Positions 9,489-18,396 of a stretch of 64,000 nt of DNA are shown here, piece after piece. Source of the stretch: Pseudomonadota bacterium (GTDB lineage Bacteria > Bdellovibrionota_B > Oligoflexia > Oligoflexales > CAIMVM01); the NCBI GenBank assembly GCA_037142195.1, contig JBAXBA010000001.1:32001-96000 (forward strand), given 5' to 3'. The number at the start of each line of letters is the position of its first letter. Within the stretch, counting starts at the first letter, position 1. The notes under the pieces are model-generated. The model made no database searches. It was not told the origin of the DNA and saw only the letters and a list, made by a program, of their open reading frames with translations. Position numbers and translations under genes: made by a program.

Positions 9489-11507
9489 GTGAGTTTAACT
9501 GTAAAAAATAAAATTGCTAGATTTATAAGTTCAGCACAATTTTCTGACGGAAAAAGAGTCACGCTGGAAATTACTTTGGACCGTGAACCCTTTGCAGCCA
9601 CAGAACTTCCGCGGGGACTCTCTTATTTGCCGGTAGAATGGTTAAAAAGCGAACCTTCTACTTGGTTTAGAGGGAAGGAAATTGCCAAAACATTTCTATC
9701 GAGCGGGACAGAATCTACAAGGTCCAAGTCTCATTTTTCAAAAGACGGCCTAATCGCCTACAAGGTGTCTGCACTTCAAGGGTTACTGGACTTTATGGAG
9801 CAAGAGTCCCTGAATTTTCAAAAAATAGTCAGCTTTGTACCCGATACATTTACTTGGCCTGATTCAAGTTTAGCCCAAATGATCGCCTGGTTTGGAGAGT
9901 TTTTTCCGTTAAAGTATCTCGATTCGCAAAATGTAGAGCAGGTGGCGTCAGCTTTTCAAGAGGACACGGGGGCGACGCTCTATGTTGGTACTGCTTTTCA
10001 TTGGATCAATCTCATCGATGACGGCCTAAAAGTGGCCTTTCCTAAATCCGGGTATCTCCTGGAAACCGGCGGCACTAAGGGTAAGTCACGAAATCTCACG
10101 AGGGCTGAATTTTATCAACTTCTCAGAACGTCACTACATGTAAATTCCAACCAGATTTTGAGTGAGTACGGCATGAGTGAGCTTTCTTCCCAAGCATGGT
10201 CTAAAGGAGACGAAACGGCATCCTATAGATTTAGCTCCTGGGTGGATTTGGCAGTCGTCCAAGGAAAAGAGCTGTCTTGCCTTGGTGAAGGTTCCTTGCT
10301 GATAAAGGACCCAAGTCGCATGGACTACCCCTATTCCTTTAGAGTGCAAGATGTAGCATCATTAAACCAAAGAGACTTTCATCTCTTGGGCCGTGTTCCT
10401 AGTTCCGCTTTAAAAGGATGCAGTCTGTTGGCAGAACAACCTCCCGCTGTCACTTCTCTGCATAAGCCCTTAAAAATCATCCCGCATGGCGATGGGCTTT
10501 CCTTTGAAGCTTTGAATGATGCATTTAAATCCCTGCTGGAAAGCCCTCTTTTTACCGGGGCATTGGAGAAAGAGTTCTACTCATCTGATCTTGCTCTGTC
10601 GGCCATTTTGGATTTGAAGCTTTCCTTTTATGGAAACCCTGAGGACCTCAGTAACGCCATCAAAAATTCCGGACTTTCGACACCCCAATTGACCATAGTC
10701 CCACCTTCCACTCACTCACTAGCCATCTTGCATCCCCTAACTTTAGCTTTAGCGCAAGGAGCCGCCATAAACATCCGCGTGCCTGAAGCTTTTGAAGGAG
10801 AAAATTCGAGTTTAAAGATCCTTATAAGACATTTCTCAAATTTATTTCCTGGCCGCATTCACACCCTCTCTCGAAAATTAAAGTTAATTGGATCCCAAGA
10901 AGAAACCCTAGTATTTTTTGGCAGTGATGTTTCATTAAATGAAATCAAATCATTCTATAATGGAGAGATATCTGCCTTTGGGAGTGCTGCCGCAGTATCT
11001 ATTGTGGGAAACCTTGAAAATTTGGGCTTAGCAATCAAGGATGCCCTTTCATTAGCCGGAAAAGGCTGCATGAGCTCCAGGGCAATCTATCTCATCGAGA
11101 CGAATCAAAATGATCTCAATAAGGAACTAGAAAAAATAATTCCTTTGTTGCCAAAAATCAATCTTTCCTTGTTTGACCGCTGCGCACTTGATCACGAAGA
11201 AACCGACTTACTTCAAAACGAAATCCCCTACCTCACTCGAAAGTTGAAAAACGACATTTTGTTTTACTTCCCTAATTCCCTTTCCACTCCATTTTCCACA
11301 CGATTGTTTTCCATTCCAATCTTCAAAATAAAAGCATCAAACCTAAAAGATTTTATTGGTAATTTAGGCACCTCTGTTTTCTTGAGCACCGATATAGATT
11401 TAGAAACTTCTAACTCTGGACTCGTGAAACGACCACTTGGCGCACTGAATATAAGTCCATTTGATGGGTATCACCAAAATAGAGCGCTATTTGCTAGCTC
11501 AAACTAG
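9489..11507 (+). CDS. LuxE-like acyl-protein synthetase fused to LuxC-like acyl-CoA reductase domain
   Basis: N-half: FLSSGT, ETGGTKG, SEYGMSELSSQ, LLGRVPSSALKGCSL (LuxE). C-half: VFFGSD, GKGCMSSRAIY (LuxC/ALDH-like). Confidence 0.72.
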   Translation: MSLTVKNKIARFISSAQFSDGKRVTLEITLDREPFAATELPRGLSYLPVEWLKSEPSTWFRGKEIAKTFLSSGTESTRSKSHFSKDGLIAYKVSALQGLLDFMEQESLNFQKIVSFVPDTFTWPDSSLAQMIAWFGEFFPLKYLDSQNVEQVASAFQEDTGATLYVGTAFHWINLIDDGLKVAFPKSGYLLETGGTKGKSRNLTRAEFYQLLRTSLHVNSNQILSEYGMSELSSQAWSKGDETASYRFSSWVDLAVVQGKELSCLGEGSLLIKDPSRMDYPYSFRVQDVASLNQRDFHLLGRVPSSALKGCSLLAEQPPAVTSLHKPLKIIPHGDGLSFEALNDAFKSLLESPLFTGALEKEFYSSDLALSAILDLKLSFYGNPEDLSNAIKNSGLSTPQLTIVPPSTHSLAILHPLTLALAQGAAINIRVPEAFEGENSSLKILIRHFSNLFPGRIHTLSRKLKLIGSQEETLVFFGSDVSLNEIKSFYNGEISAFGSAAAVSIVGNLENLGLAIKDALSLAGKGCMSSRAIYLIETNQNDLNKELEKIIPLLPKINLSLFDRCALDHEETDLLQNEIPYLTRKLKNDILFYFPNSLSTPFSTRLFSIPIFKIKASNLKDFIGNLGTSVFLSTDIDLETSNSGLVKRPLGALNISPFDGYHQNRALFASSN

Positions 11508-11902
11508 ATTTCAAATTCGAAGCACCAAAATTAGGGCACGCCATTTTGTTCGAAGGCTCCGCTAAGAAAGCACCAACCGATCTTCTACCTCGACAATAAA
11601 TTGGTCCAAACAAAAAAAATCTAAAAATACCTCTAGATTCTGATTAATTAAGTCCACAAATCGACGGTCTTCTGTTCAACAAGTGTGTTTGCATAAATCA
11701 GGTCACTGAAGCGGGCACAAAATAAGAGTGAAATTCTCTTAGCGCTAATAAAAGTGTACATAAAGCTCAGTTTCCCTAATCTAATAACCTCAGAAACTCA
11801 AAGGAATATACCGAATATTTTTATAAATTCTAAGATGACAAACTTTATTCTTAAATTTTAGTTCCGATGATCCAAGTGGCAAATAGCAGGGAAGCGCTTA
11901 GC

Positions 11903-14152
11903 ATGAACATGAACCAGATAGTCAAAAAACTTACTGCATGGATCTTATTGATCTCTCAGTTAGCTTTGGTGCCTACAGTTCCGCTCATATCCCAGCAAGA
12001 TCATATTGACCTAGCGACACACTATTCCAACTTGGCCAAGGAGACCGCTCAGGCAGTACTGACGCTTTCTGGAATCAAAAACGCCAGTGTCTCCGCCTCG
12101 GCCACTATGGAATTCAACAATGTAAAACTCGAGAAAGATGCTAAGATTTGGTATGACACGCAAATCTCAGCGGCGTCTGAAAAATCACAGGAAATTTTAG
12201 CTGCATCGCAAACCAACTTTACAAAACTACTCCAACTCGCCCAAGATGAACAAAAAAAACGGGATGTGGAAATCCGAAAAGAATATGAAATTTTAAGAGA
12301 AAAAGAAAGAATTGCTGCCGAAGAAGCCTCCAAAAAAGCTCTTGAGTCCTCAAAAAATACAACACGCCCAGCAGCGAAAGCGGGAGACTCTAACCAAGAT
12401 TCTACACGAATGGGAATTCTAAATATTGGGGCGCAGGATATTGATTTTAAAGACGGCACATCTGGCTTGCCTCAAGTTCCGGTGACCAATGTGTTCCCCG
12501 TTACGTCAATCGTAGTTCCCCCCCAAGGCGCGCCACTATCAGTAGGGATCAACTCGTCGTCAAATCCTGAGACTCAGTTAGTTCCATTTACATTTAAGGC
12601 CGCTGATTACCTGAGTAAGGTGAACATTACCTTAGTTCTTGGGAGCGAAGTTCCAGAGAAACTGGTGAAGAGCATCATCTCTAGGGTAGATATTGCTCTC
12701 GATTTGGGTAAAATTTCCTCAGGAAAACCGACTATTGATTGGATAAAAGTAGAAAAAGTAGAACTTGAGCCAACAGCCCCGATGCCCAGCCTAAAAGAGT
12801 TTATGAAAAGTCTTCTGGGTCCTAGCAACTTCTTTGTAAGTGGCGTCTCCATGGCGTTGATACTGGGAATATTCGTATTGGGCTCGGCTCTATTAACCTC
12901 AACGCTATTAAAAAAAGGCATCCAGAATGCGACAAGCACACTAGGTCAAGGAATTTCCTCTCTCAAGCCGCCAACTGATAGCGACGGTGAAGAAAAGACT
13001 GAAAATGATGCCGATTCCGAAGGAGACAATGAAATATCGGCGGCTGACGCAGAAGCTTCAAACCACGCGACAACCGCAGAACTAGGAAATATCAGAGAAC
13101 AACTGACAAAGCTGATCGAAATCGAGACTTACGCCTGCGCCGAAGTGATTAAAGACATCTTTTATGAAGATTCAGGATTTACAGATTTTAGAGACCTCGT
13201 AGTATTCATAGGCTATTCCTCACTTCGTCCCGTTATTGAACTTATTCCTAAAACCACGGTGGAAAAAATGTTGGGGTTTGTCGAAGAAAATAAAGATGTG
13301 GAACCCAATATCCTAAATGGTGCTCGAATCTCACAAGCAGTCTACAGCGAGGTCATCGCAAAGGTGTCATTTAAATCCCCTGAAAGCAAGCTGCTTGAAC
13401 CCGTAAAAGAGGCGCTGATTCGGGTTGAAGACAATGTGTTGGATGCCTTTATGAGAACTGCAACCAGCATGGAAGTTGCCTTGATTCTCAGAAGTCTTAG
13501 CAATGAAAGAAGTACTCGAGTTGTACAAAACATCCAAACCGAAGTTCTCAAAGAAGCTCTCCAAAAGCTTGGGGACGAATCCAAGACTTGGGAGCAAGTC
13601 ATTCCTAATCTAATAAGAAAAATTGCAGCCACTGCTGAAAAAATAATTGTTAAATCTCTCGCCCACCAAAGACTTATTCTGAAACTGGTCAAAAATGCGA
13701 CTCTGGATCAAGAAGAAATGATTTACGAATTAATCCCATCAAATGACTTCGAACTGAAACGTCAAGTTATAAAAACTAAGCTTCTGTTCAAAGACTTAAA
13801 ATATGTTCCACAAACTCTATTTGACAAGGCATTTGCAAAGCTGCCTATAAAAGTAAGAGCACAAATAGTCATAGCGGCTGATGAAGAGCTAAAGAAAGTG
13901 ATTTTCAAAGCAGTCACGGCAGGCACTAGAAAATTTGAGCTCTTACAAGCAGAGGTTTCCGAACTAGAAAGAAATGAGAAACGGGTTGCAGATATAAAAC
14001 TCAACCGTATATCACTATTTGGCGAACTTATGTTTGAAATACGAGCTATGATATCTGACAATCCACAATGGATTGAATTGATTTTAAAAGCCCAAGCTGA
14101 TGAGCTCAATCTTGATGCCCCTAGTGGCATAGACACTATCACGGCCGCATAG
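11903..14152 (+). CDS. FliF(RBM3/TM/C-tail)-FliG fusion-like rotor protein
   Basis: N-terminal signal or TM, RBM3-like segments, TM, FliF C-tail-like helix, then FliG N/M/C-like segments (VALILRSLSNERSTRVV; LLFKDL...ADEELKKVIFKAV..RKFELLQAE). Likely ATG 11903 after AGGGAAG. Confidence 0.7.
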   Translation: MNMNQIVKKLTAWILLISQLALVPTVPLISQQDHIDLATHYSNLAKETAQAVLTLSGIKNASVSASATMEFNNVKLEKDAKIWYDTQISAASEKSQEILAASQTNFTKLLQLAQDEQKKRDVEIRKEYEILREKERIAAEEASKKALESSKNTTRPAAKAGDSNQDSTRMGILNIGAQDIDFKDGTSGLPQVPVTNVFPVTSIVVPPQGAPLSVGINSSSNPETQLVPFTFKAADYLSKVNITLVLGSEVPEKLVKSIISRVDIALDLGKISSGKPTIDWIKVEKVELEPTAPMPSLKEFMKSLLGPSNFFVSGVSMALILGIFVLGSALLTSTLLKKGIQNATSTLGQGISSLKPPTDSDGEEKTENDADSEGDNEISAADAEASNHATTAELGNIREQLTKLIEIETYACAEVIKDIFYEDSGFTDFRDLVVFIGYSSLRPVIELIPKTTVEKMLGFVEENKDVEPNILNGARISQAVYSEVIAKVSFKSPESKLLEPVKEALIRVEDNVLDAFMRTATSMEVALILRSLSNERSTRVVQNIQTEVLKEALQKLGDESKTWEQVIPNLIRKIAATAEKIIVKSLAHQRLILKLVKNATLDQEEMIYELIPSNDFELKRQVIKTKLLFKDLKYVPQTLFDKAFAKLPIKVRAQIVIAADEELKKVIFKAVTAGTRKFELLQAEVSELERNEKRVADIKLNRISLFGELMFEIRAMISDNPQWIELILKAQADELNLDAPSGIDTITAA

Positions 14153-14160
14153 ATAAAACA

Positions 14161-14946
14161 CTAAGCGGGCTTCTTCCAGTCAATTCTCTCTTTTGGCAAA
14201 AGAAATGAATTCAGCTCTTCACCTAAAACCAGTGGATTTGTCTTCGCATGTATAAGTTTTATCGACTCGATAATGATAAGATTCTTTCGGTTAATTTCTT
14301 TAGCCGATGCGGTTAGATTCTCACCAATTGGAATCACAATCAGATTGGCGAGAGCAATGCCATATAGTGTTGCTACTAGCGCAATTGACATGGAAGGGCC
14401 GATCGTCTTTTCAGCCCCAGGCTTGCCAAGTCCGCCAAGCAATGCAATCATTCCAAGAACTGCGCCCATAAGTCCCATAGCGGGAGGATACTTCCCCATT
14501 GCTTTAAACTTAATAGCATCCGCCGAATAACGTTCAAAAATGGTTGCATTTCTCAATTTCAGAAGTGTAACGAGATGCTCAATCTCCACAATTTCATCAA
14601 GTAGTAATCTCATCCCCTCTTTCAGAAACTCATCTTTATTGTCTTCAATCAAAGTTTTGAGGTCAGAATTTTCATTTCTGTAGGAATCAGCAATCTTCAT
14701 GATTTGCCTAATCAAAACTTCAAAATCCATAGGTTTTGAGTTCACAGTCCGCGCCCAAAAAACCTTTAACATCAAAAAAGTCTGCTTTAGCTGAAAACTA
14801 ATGGCCGTAGCTGCTATAGTACCACCAAAAACAATAACAATGCCGTGCACATCCAAAAAACTTCGTGGATTATCCGTTGAACTTAGCGCGGCCCAGAATA
14901 TTACACCTAGGGCAAGAGCAAATGATAGAATGGCAGAATAATTCAA
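14161..14946 (-). CDS. motA: MotA/PomA-family stator A subunit
   Basis: IVIVFGGTIAAT, YPPAMGLMGAVLGMI, SIALVATLYGIALANL..PI; four TM segments. Confidence 0.93.
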   Translation of the reverse strand: MNYSAILSFALALGVIFWAALSSTDNPRSFLDVHGIVIVFGGTIAATAISFQLKQTFLMLKVFWARTVNSKPMDFEVLIRQIMKIADSYRNENSDLKTLIEDNKDEFLKEGMRLLLDEIVEIEHLVTLLKLRNATIFERYSADAIKFKAMGKYPPAMGLMGAVLGMIALLGGLGKPGAEKTIGPSMSIALVATLYGIALANLIVIPIGENLTASAKEINRKNLIIIESIKLIHAKTNPLVLGEELNSFLLPKERIDWKKPA

Positions 14947-15143
14947 AGTTAGCCCTCTCTTTCACATTGTATCCTATCATATTTAAACAAACTGCGTACT
15001 GCGGAGGCATAACTCGCGCTTTTGCTTCCATCACAGAGGCAAATCAAATTTTAATTTTTGATAATTAACATAAATATACTCATTAGCATTCGCCAGTTAG
15101 TTATTTGCATATAAATTTCGAGCAAACTGGGCAAATTTCGCAT

Positions 15144-15170
15144 TAAAGATGCAATATGGCCATCCGATAG
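15144..15170 (+). promoter_or_regulatory. Sigma-28 (FliA)-type promoter
   Basis: TAAAGATG-N11-TCCGATAG versus consensus TAAAGTTT-N11-GCCGATAA, with exact spacing, about 35 nt upstream of ATG 15205. Confidence 0.65.
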
Positions 15171-15204
15171 ACCTAAGTGTGAATCCTAAGAACTACGGGA
15201 GCCC

Positions 15205-16074
15205 ATGATCGTGAAATTACATTCAAAACATATTTTGGTGCTAGATGGATCTGCCATGATCCGCTGGCTGCTAAATATATTTGGCGGAATTCACGTAGAA
15301 ACCCTTGAGTTCCAACATCAAGACTCGAATATAGATAGAAACGATGAGTACTCCATCTCTGCCATGAAGACTTCGACTTTCAATGAGGTTGGTGTACTAG
15401 ATGACCAGTCAAAAAATGCAATTGAAGAAGTTACGTTACCAAAAATCAGCGCAATAGAATCTGATACCAACAACTCTTATTCACAGATAGAATCCTTAAA
15501 AACTGTAATAGAAAACAAATTGGTTGCTGATTCATTTTTTGTTGAAACAAGTTTAAGCGGTATTTCGAATGAGCCAAAGAAATCTAGCGAACCGAATGAA
15601 ATTCTTTTGGTAGCTTCAGAATCTGACCATAAACCTTATGGAGAAGACCTGGTTTCTCTCTCATCTTCTGAAATGATGTCACTACCGTCTTTAGAAACTC
15701 TCAACCCATCAGAAGTTTACAAGTCTGATAGCCAACTGCCGGTGATCGAAGATACTCCCGAGTGGACATATGGATATGACCCCAATTATCAGCGCAGAGT
15801 ATTGGCTGTCACTTCAAAATTTATTCAAAAAATGGACAATCAAGATGCTGCTGATTTTGTCAACACACTTGATCCACTTCTTGTGGAAGAACTATTAAAA
15901 GACAATTCCCTTCCCCCGGTCGTCAAAGGCATCGTAATCGGCAAAAAATTCGGTAAAAGCCAAGTCAGTCTGGCGAACTTTTTAAACACCCAAAAGGCGT
16001 TAAAAAATAATCTACATGGTGAAAAATCCCAAGTTCATCCGCACAATTTGACAGGAGTCAAAAATGGAAATTAA
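15205..16074 (+). CDS. Hypothetical protein, acidic disordered middle, C-terminal MotE/MgtE_N-like helical segment
   Basis: KFIQKMDNQDAADFVNTLDPLLVEELL resembles the MotE/MgtE_N pattern (M.P..AA.I...LD..LV..IL). Confidence 0.5.
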   Translation: MIVKLHSKHILVLDGSAMIRWLLNIFGGIHVETLEFQHQDSNIDRNDEYSISAMKTSTFNEVGVLDDQSKNAIEEVTLPKISAIESDTNNSYSQIESLKTVIENKLVADSFFVETSLSGISNEPKKSSEPNEILLVASESDHKPYGEDLVSLSSSEMMSLPSLETLNPSEVYKSDSQLPVIEDTPEWTYGYDPNYQRRVLAVTSKFIQKMDNQDAADFVNTLDPLLVEELLKDNSLPPVVKGIVIGKKFGKSQVSLANFLNTQKALKNNLHGEKSQVHPHNLTGVKNGN

Positions 16075-16741
16075 AGATAAAGTTTTTACAAACAAAATAC
16101 TTTCTGATGCTGATAATAGTCGGTATTTTAATGTCATTCTGAAAAATAGTAATCGGATTGAACTTTGGAAAGTACCTATGATCGCGCTTTACGGCGGACT
16201 TCTCAGCATGGGATTCCTAACTCTGGTTACAATTCTTTGGTTCAGCAATATCCACCCCCGGCAATTGATGTCTCATATTCATTCGATTCCCAAACTCAAA
16301 GGCGAATCCTCCCTCGAGTTATCAAAGGTTATTCCATACATCTCTGGAGAAACAAAGATATATGCAGCAACCGCTTCGACACGAAATCAAGATCTTATTT
16401 TAAACCTCACTTTGACGAAAGAACTTCCCGTAAAACAAGGAGTTAATCAGCGAGTTTCTTCTAGACTCCTTGATACTAAAGGCAATCTTATGGATCCAAA
16501 AATTCTCGGCATTTGGAAAGCCCCCATTGCTAAAAATTCTACTGACAAATCAAGTGTCATAAAGCTTTTAATACCACGGTCTGCGCTTGAGAATCCAAAT
16601 TCACAAAAGATAGAGGTTTCAACCTTTGAGAATGAAAAGATAAGCTTTACCTTCTTGGTAAATCTTGCGGCCTTAAAAGAAGATTCAAACTCGCTAAAAA
16701 ATCTGTCCCAAATGACGAATAAAGTTCTCACTAAAAAGTAA
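16064..16741 (+). CDS. Hypothetical single-pass membrane protein
   Basis: One TM (ALYGGLLSMGFLTLVTILWF) followed by a beta-rich domain; overlaps upstream gene, RBS AGGAG. Confidence 0.7.
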   Translation: MEIKDKVFTNKILSDADNSRYFNVILKNSNRIELWKVPMIALYGGLLSMGFLTLVTILWFSNIHPRQLMSHIHSIPKLKGESSLELSKVIPYISGETKIYAATASTRNQDLILNLTLTKELPVKQGVNQRVSSRLLDTKGNLMDPKILGIWKAPIAKNSTDKSSVIKLLIPRSALENPNSQKIEVSTFENEKISFTFLVNLAALKEDSNSLKNLSQMTNKVLTKK

Positions 16742-17082
16742 GTGGTAGATATATAGGATCGATTTTCATTTCAGAGGCTCTATTCAGGCTAGGCTCAGGG
16801 AATGCAATCAACTTCCTTGACCAATTCTATCCCTGGCAAGAAATCAATGCGCAGGAAAAGTTCACCCTCATCTCTAGAAACAGAGATTAGGTATTTTTTG
16901 GCCCCTCAACCCCCAGAGGTGAAACGTCAAAAAGGTTTAGCCCCAGACTTTATGTTCCATCTTGATGCGGTGAGGCTAGCTCTCACTAAGTAAATTTCGC
17001 TCTTTTTGGTTTGTAGGTATCGTGTGGTATATTGAAGAGACATATCTATCGAATTCCATATGAGAATTTAAGGGGTTTTAAG

Positions 17083-17712
17083 ATGAACTTGCTATTGCTA
17101 CCAAAGCGAATATCTAGGGATTTATTTCCCAAGTTTCCATTGACTCAAATTTTACTTGGTGTTTTGACCCTAACTGGGTGCGGCAGTGTTTCCATAAAGT
17201 CTGCTCCCGATGCCGCTGAGGTTCTTGTTATGATACCCGGGAAGTCTGATCCAAAGGTCTTAGGTAAGACGCCCTATGAGGCGCGCATTTCGGAGCTTGG
17301 GGCAGCAGCCAATGCGGGGCCCATTGTCCTGCAGATCAGAAAGACCGGCTATCACCCGCAGTTTCTCTATGTACCGAATGCCTCTGGAGGAACTATTGAA
17401 TTTTCAACCAATCTCAAGCCAACTGTAATTTCCAACTATTCAGATATCAATCGCATCATTAAGCTAACGCTGCTTGGGGAACGTCAGCTACAAACCAAGC
17501 AACTCGATGAGGCCCTTAAGACAGCCCAAAGTTTAAAACTGATCAATGAAAATATTGCTGTCGCTTGGGATATTGAGGGCGCTGCTTATCTCCTCAAGGG
17601 CGATCGGATAAAAAGCAAATTAGCTTGGGAGCGATCCATTGAAATAGATCCGGAAAACCCGGACACCGCAAAGATGCTCAATCGAATGAATACAACAGAA
17701 AGCACAAAATAG
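17083..17712 (+). CDS. Lipoprotein with PEGA-like and TPR domains
   Basis: Lipobox LTGC; SIKSAPDAAEV..LGKTP..IRKTGY (PEGA-like); AWDIEGAAYLLKGDRIKSKLAWERSIEIDPEN (TPR). Confidence 0.75.
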   Translation: MNLLLLPKRISRDLFPKFPLTQILLGVLTLTGCGSVSIKSAPDAAEVLVMIPGKSDPKVLGKTPYEARISELGAAANAGPIVLQIRKTGYHPQFLYVPNASGGTIEFSTNLKPTVISNYSDINRIIKLTLLGERQLQTKQLDEALKTAQSLKLINENIAVAWDIEGAAYLLKGDRIKSKLAWERSIEIDPENPDTAKMLNRMNTTESTK

Positions 17713-17714
17713 CC

Positions 17715-18374
17715 ATGAAACACTGCGAACAATGCCATTCCAAAACGATATTCCACATGTCTGATCTACTCGTCTTCCTAGTCGCACTATGGCTTATTCC
17801 TTTTACAGCCCTCGGACTCAGCATTGACGGATTAGAAGACAGTCATGCGACATTCCGAATTGGGACTATTTCAGGCGACAAAACAGACTCCAAAATAACC
17901 AGCAAGTTGAAGGGATCCACCTATAATTTTGAATACTCAAGAAACTTTAGCTTCGATATGGCATTTGTTACTGGCTTTAGAGTTGCCGTTGACCCGGCGA
18001 CGAAGCGAGATGTTCTCCACACAAGCTATGCAGGATTTCGACTTTTTCCGCTCGGTATTGGCCTCCCTAGTCTGGTAAGCACAGGGGATGCTATGATCAG
18101 CTACAATTCAAGATTTAAGCCCTACGTCGACGCAAGCCTGGGACTTGGACGACTCGTAATCGACTATGGATCCGCAGGAAGTGCAGAGGTTTCTGCTGCA
18201 GATACCCTTTCCATCTGCTTTGGCGGCGGAGTCATGACCCATTTTTTTAGGCGCTGGGCGATAGACGTTCAAGTTATTTATGAAATCATACAAGCCCGAG
18301 GTGGCAACGAGAACACTCTAGCTGCCAGTGGCACTGGAATTTGGATACAGCTAGGAAATAGCTATCATTTTTAG
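17715..18374 (+). CDS. Outer-membrane beta-barrel protein (small, OmpW/OmpA-barrel-like)
   Basis: Signal peptide, FKPYVDASLGLG strand, alternating strands, C-terminal WIQLGNSYHF barrel signal. Confidence 0.72.
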   Translation: MKHCEQCHSKTIFHMSDLLVFLVALWLIPFTALGLSIDGLEDSHATFRIGTISGDKTDSKITSKLKGSTYNFEYSRNFSFDMAFVTGFRVAVDPATKRDVLHTSYAGFRLFPLGIGLPSLVSTGDAMISYNSRFKPYVDASLGLGRLVIDYGSAGSAEVSAADTLSICFGGGVMTHFFRRWAIDVQVIYEIIQARGGNENTLAASGTGIWIQLGNSYHF

Positions 18375-18396
18375 CTCTAGGAGATTCTTTTAGCGC

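Noticed and set aside
9489..11507. Bioluminescence operon
   Set aside because: No luxA, luxB, luxD or luxG in the window.
16802..16993. 63-aa ORF inside the motor locus, ending like the upstream gene (tctcactaa..gtaa)
   Set aside because: No recognisable motif or clear RBS; the shared end is too short to distinguish from chance.
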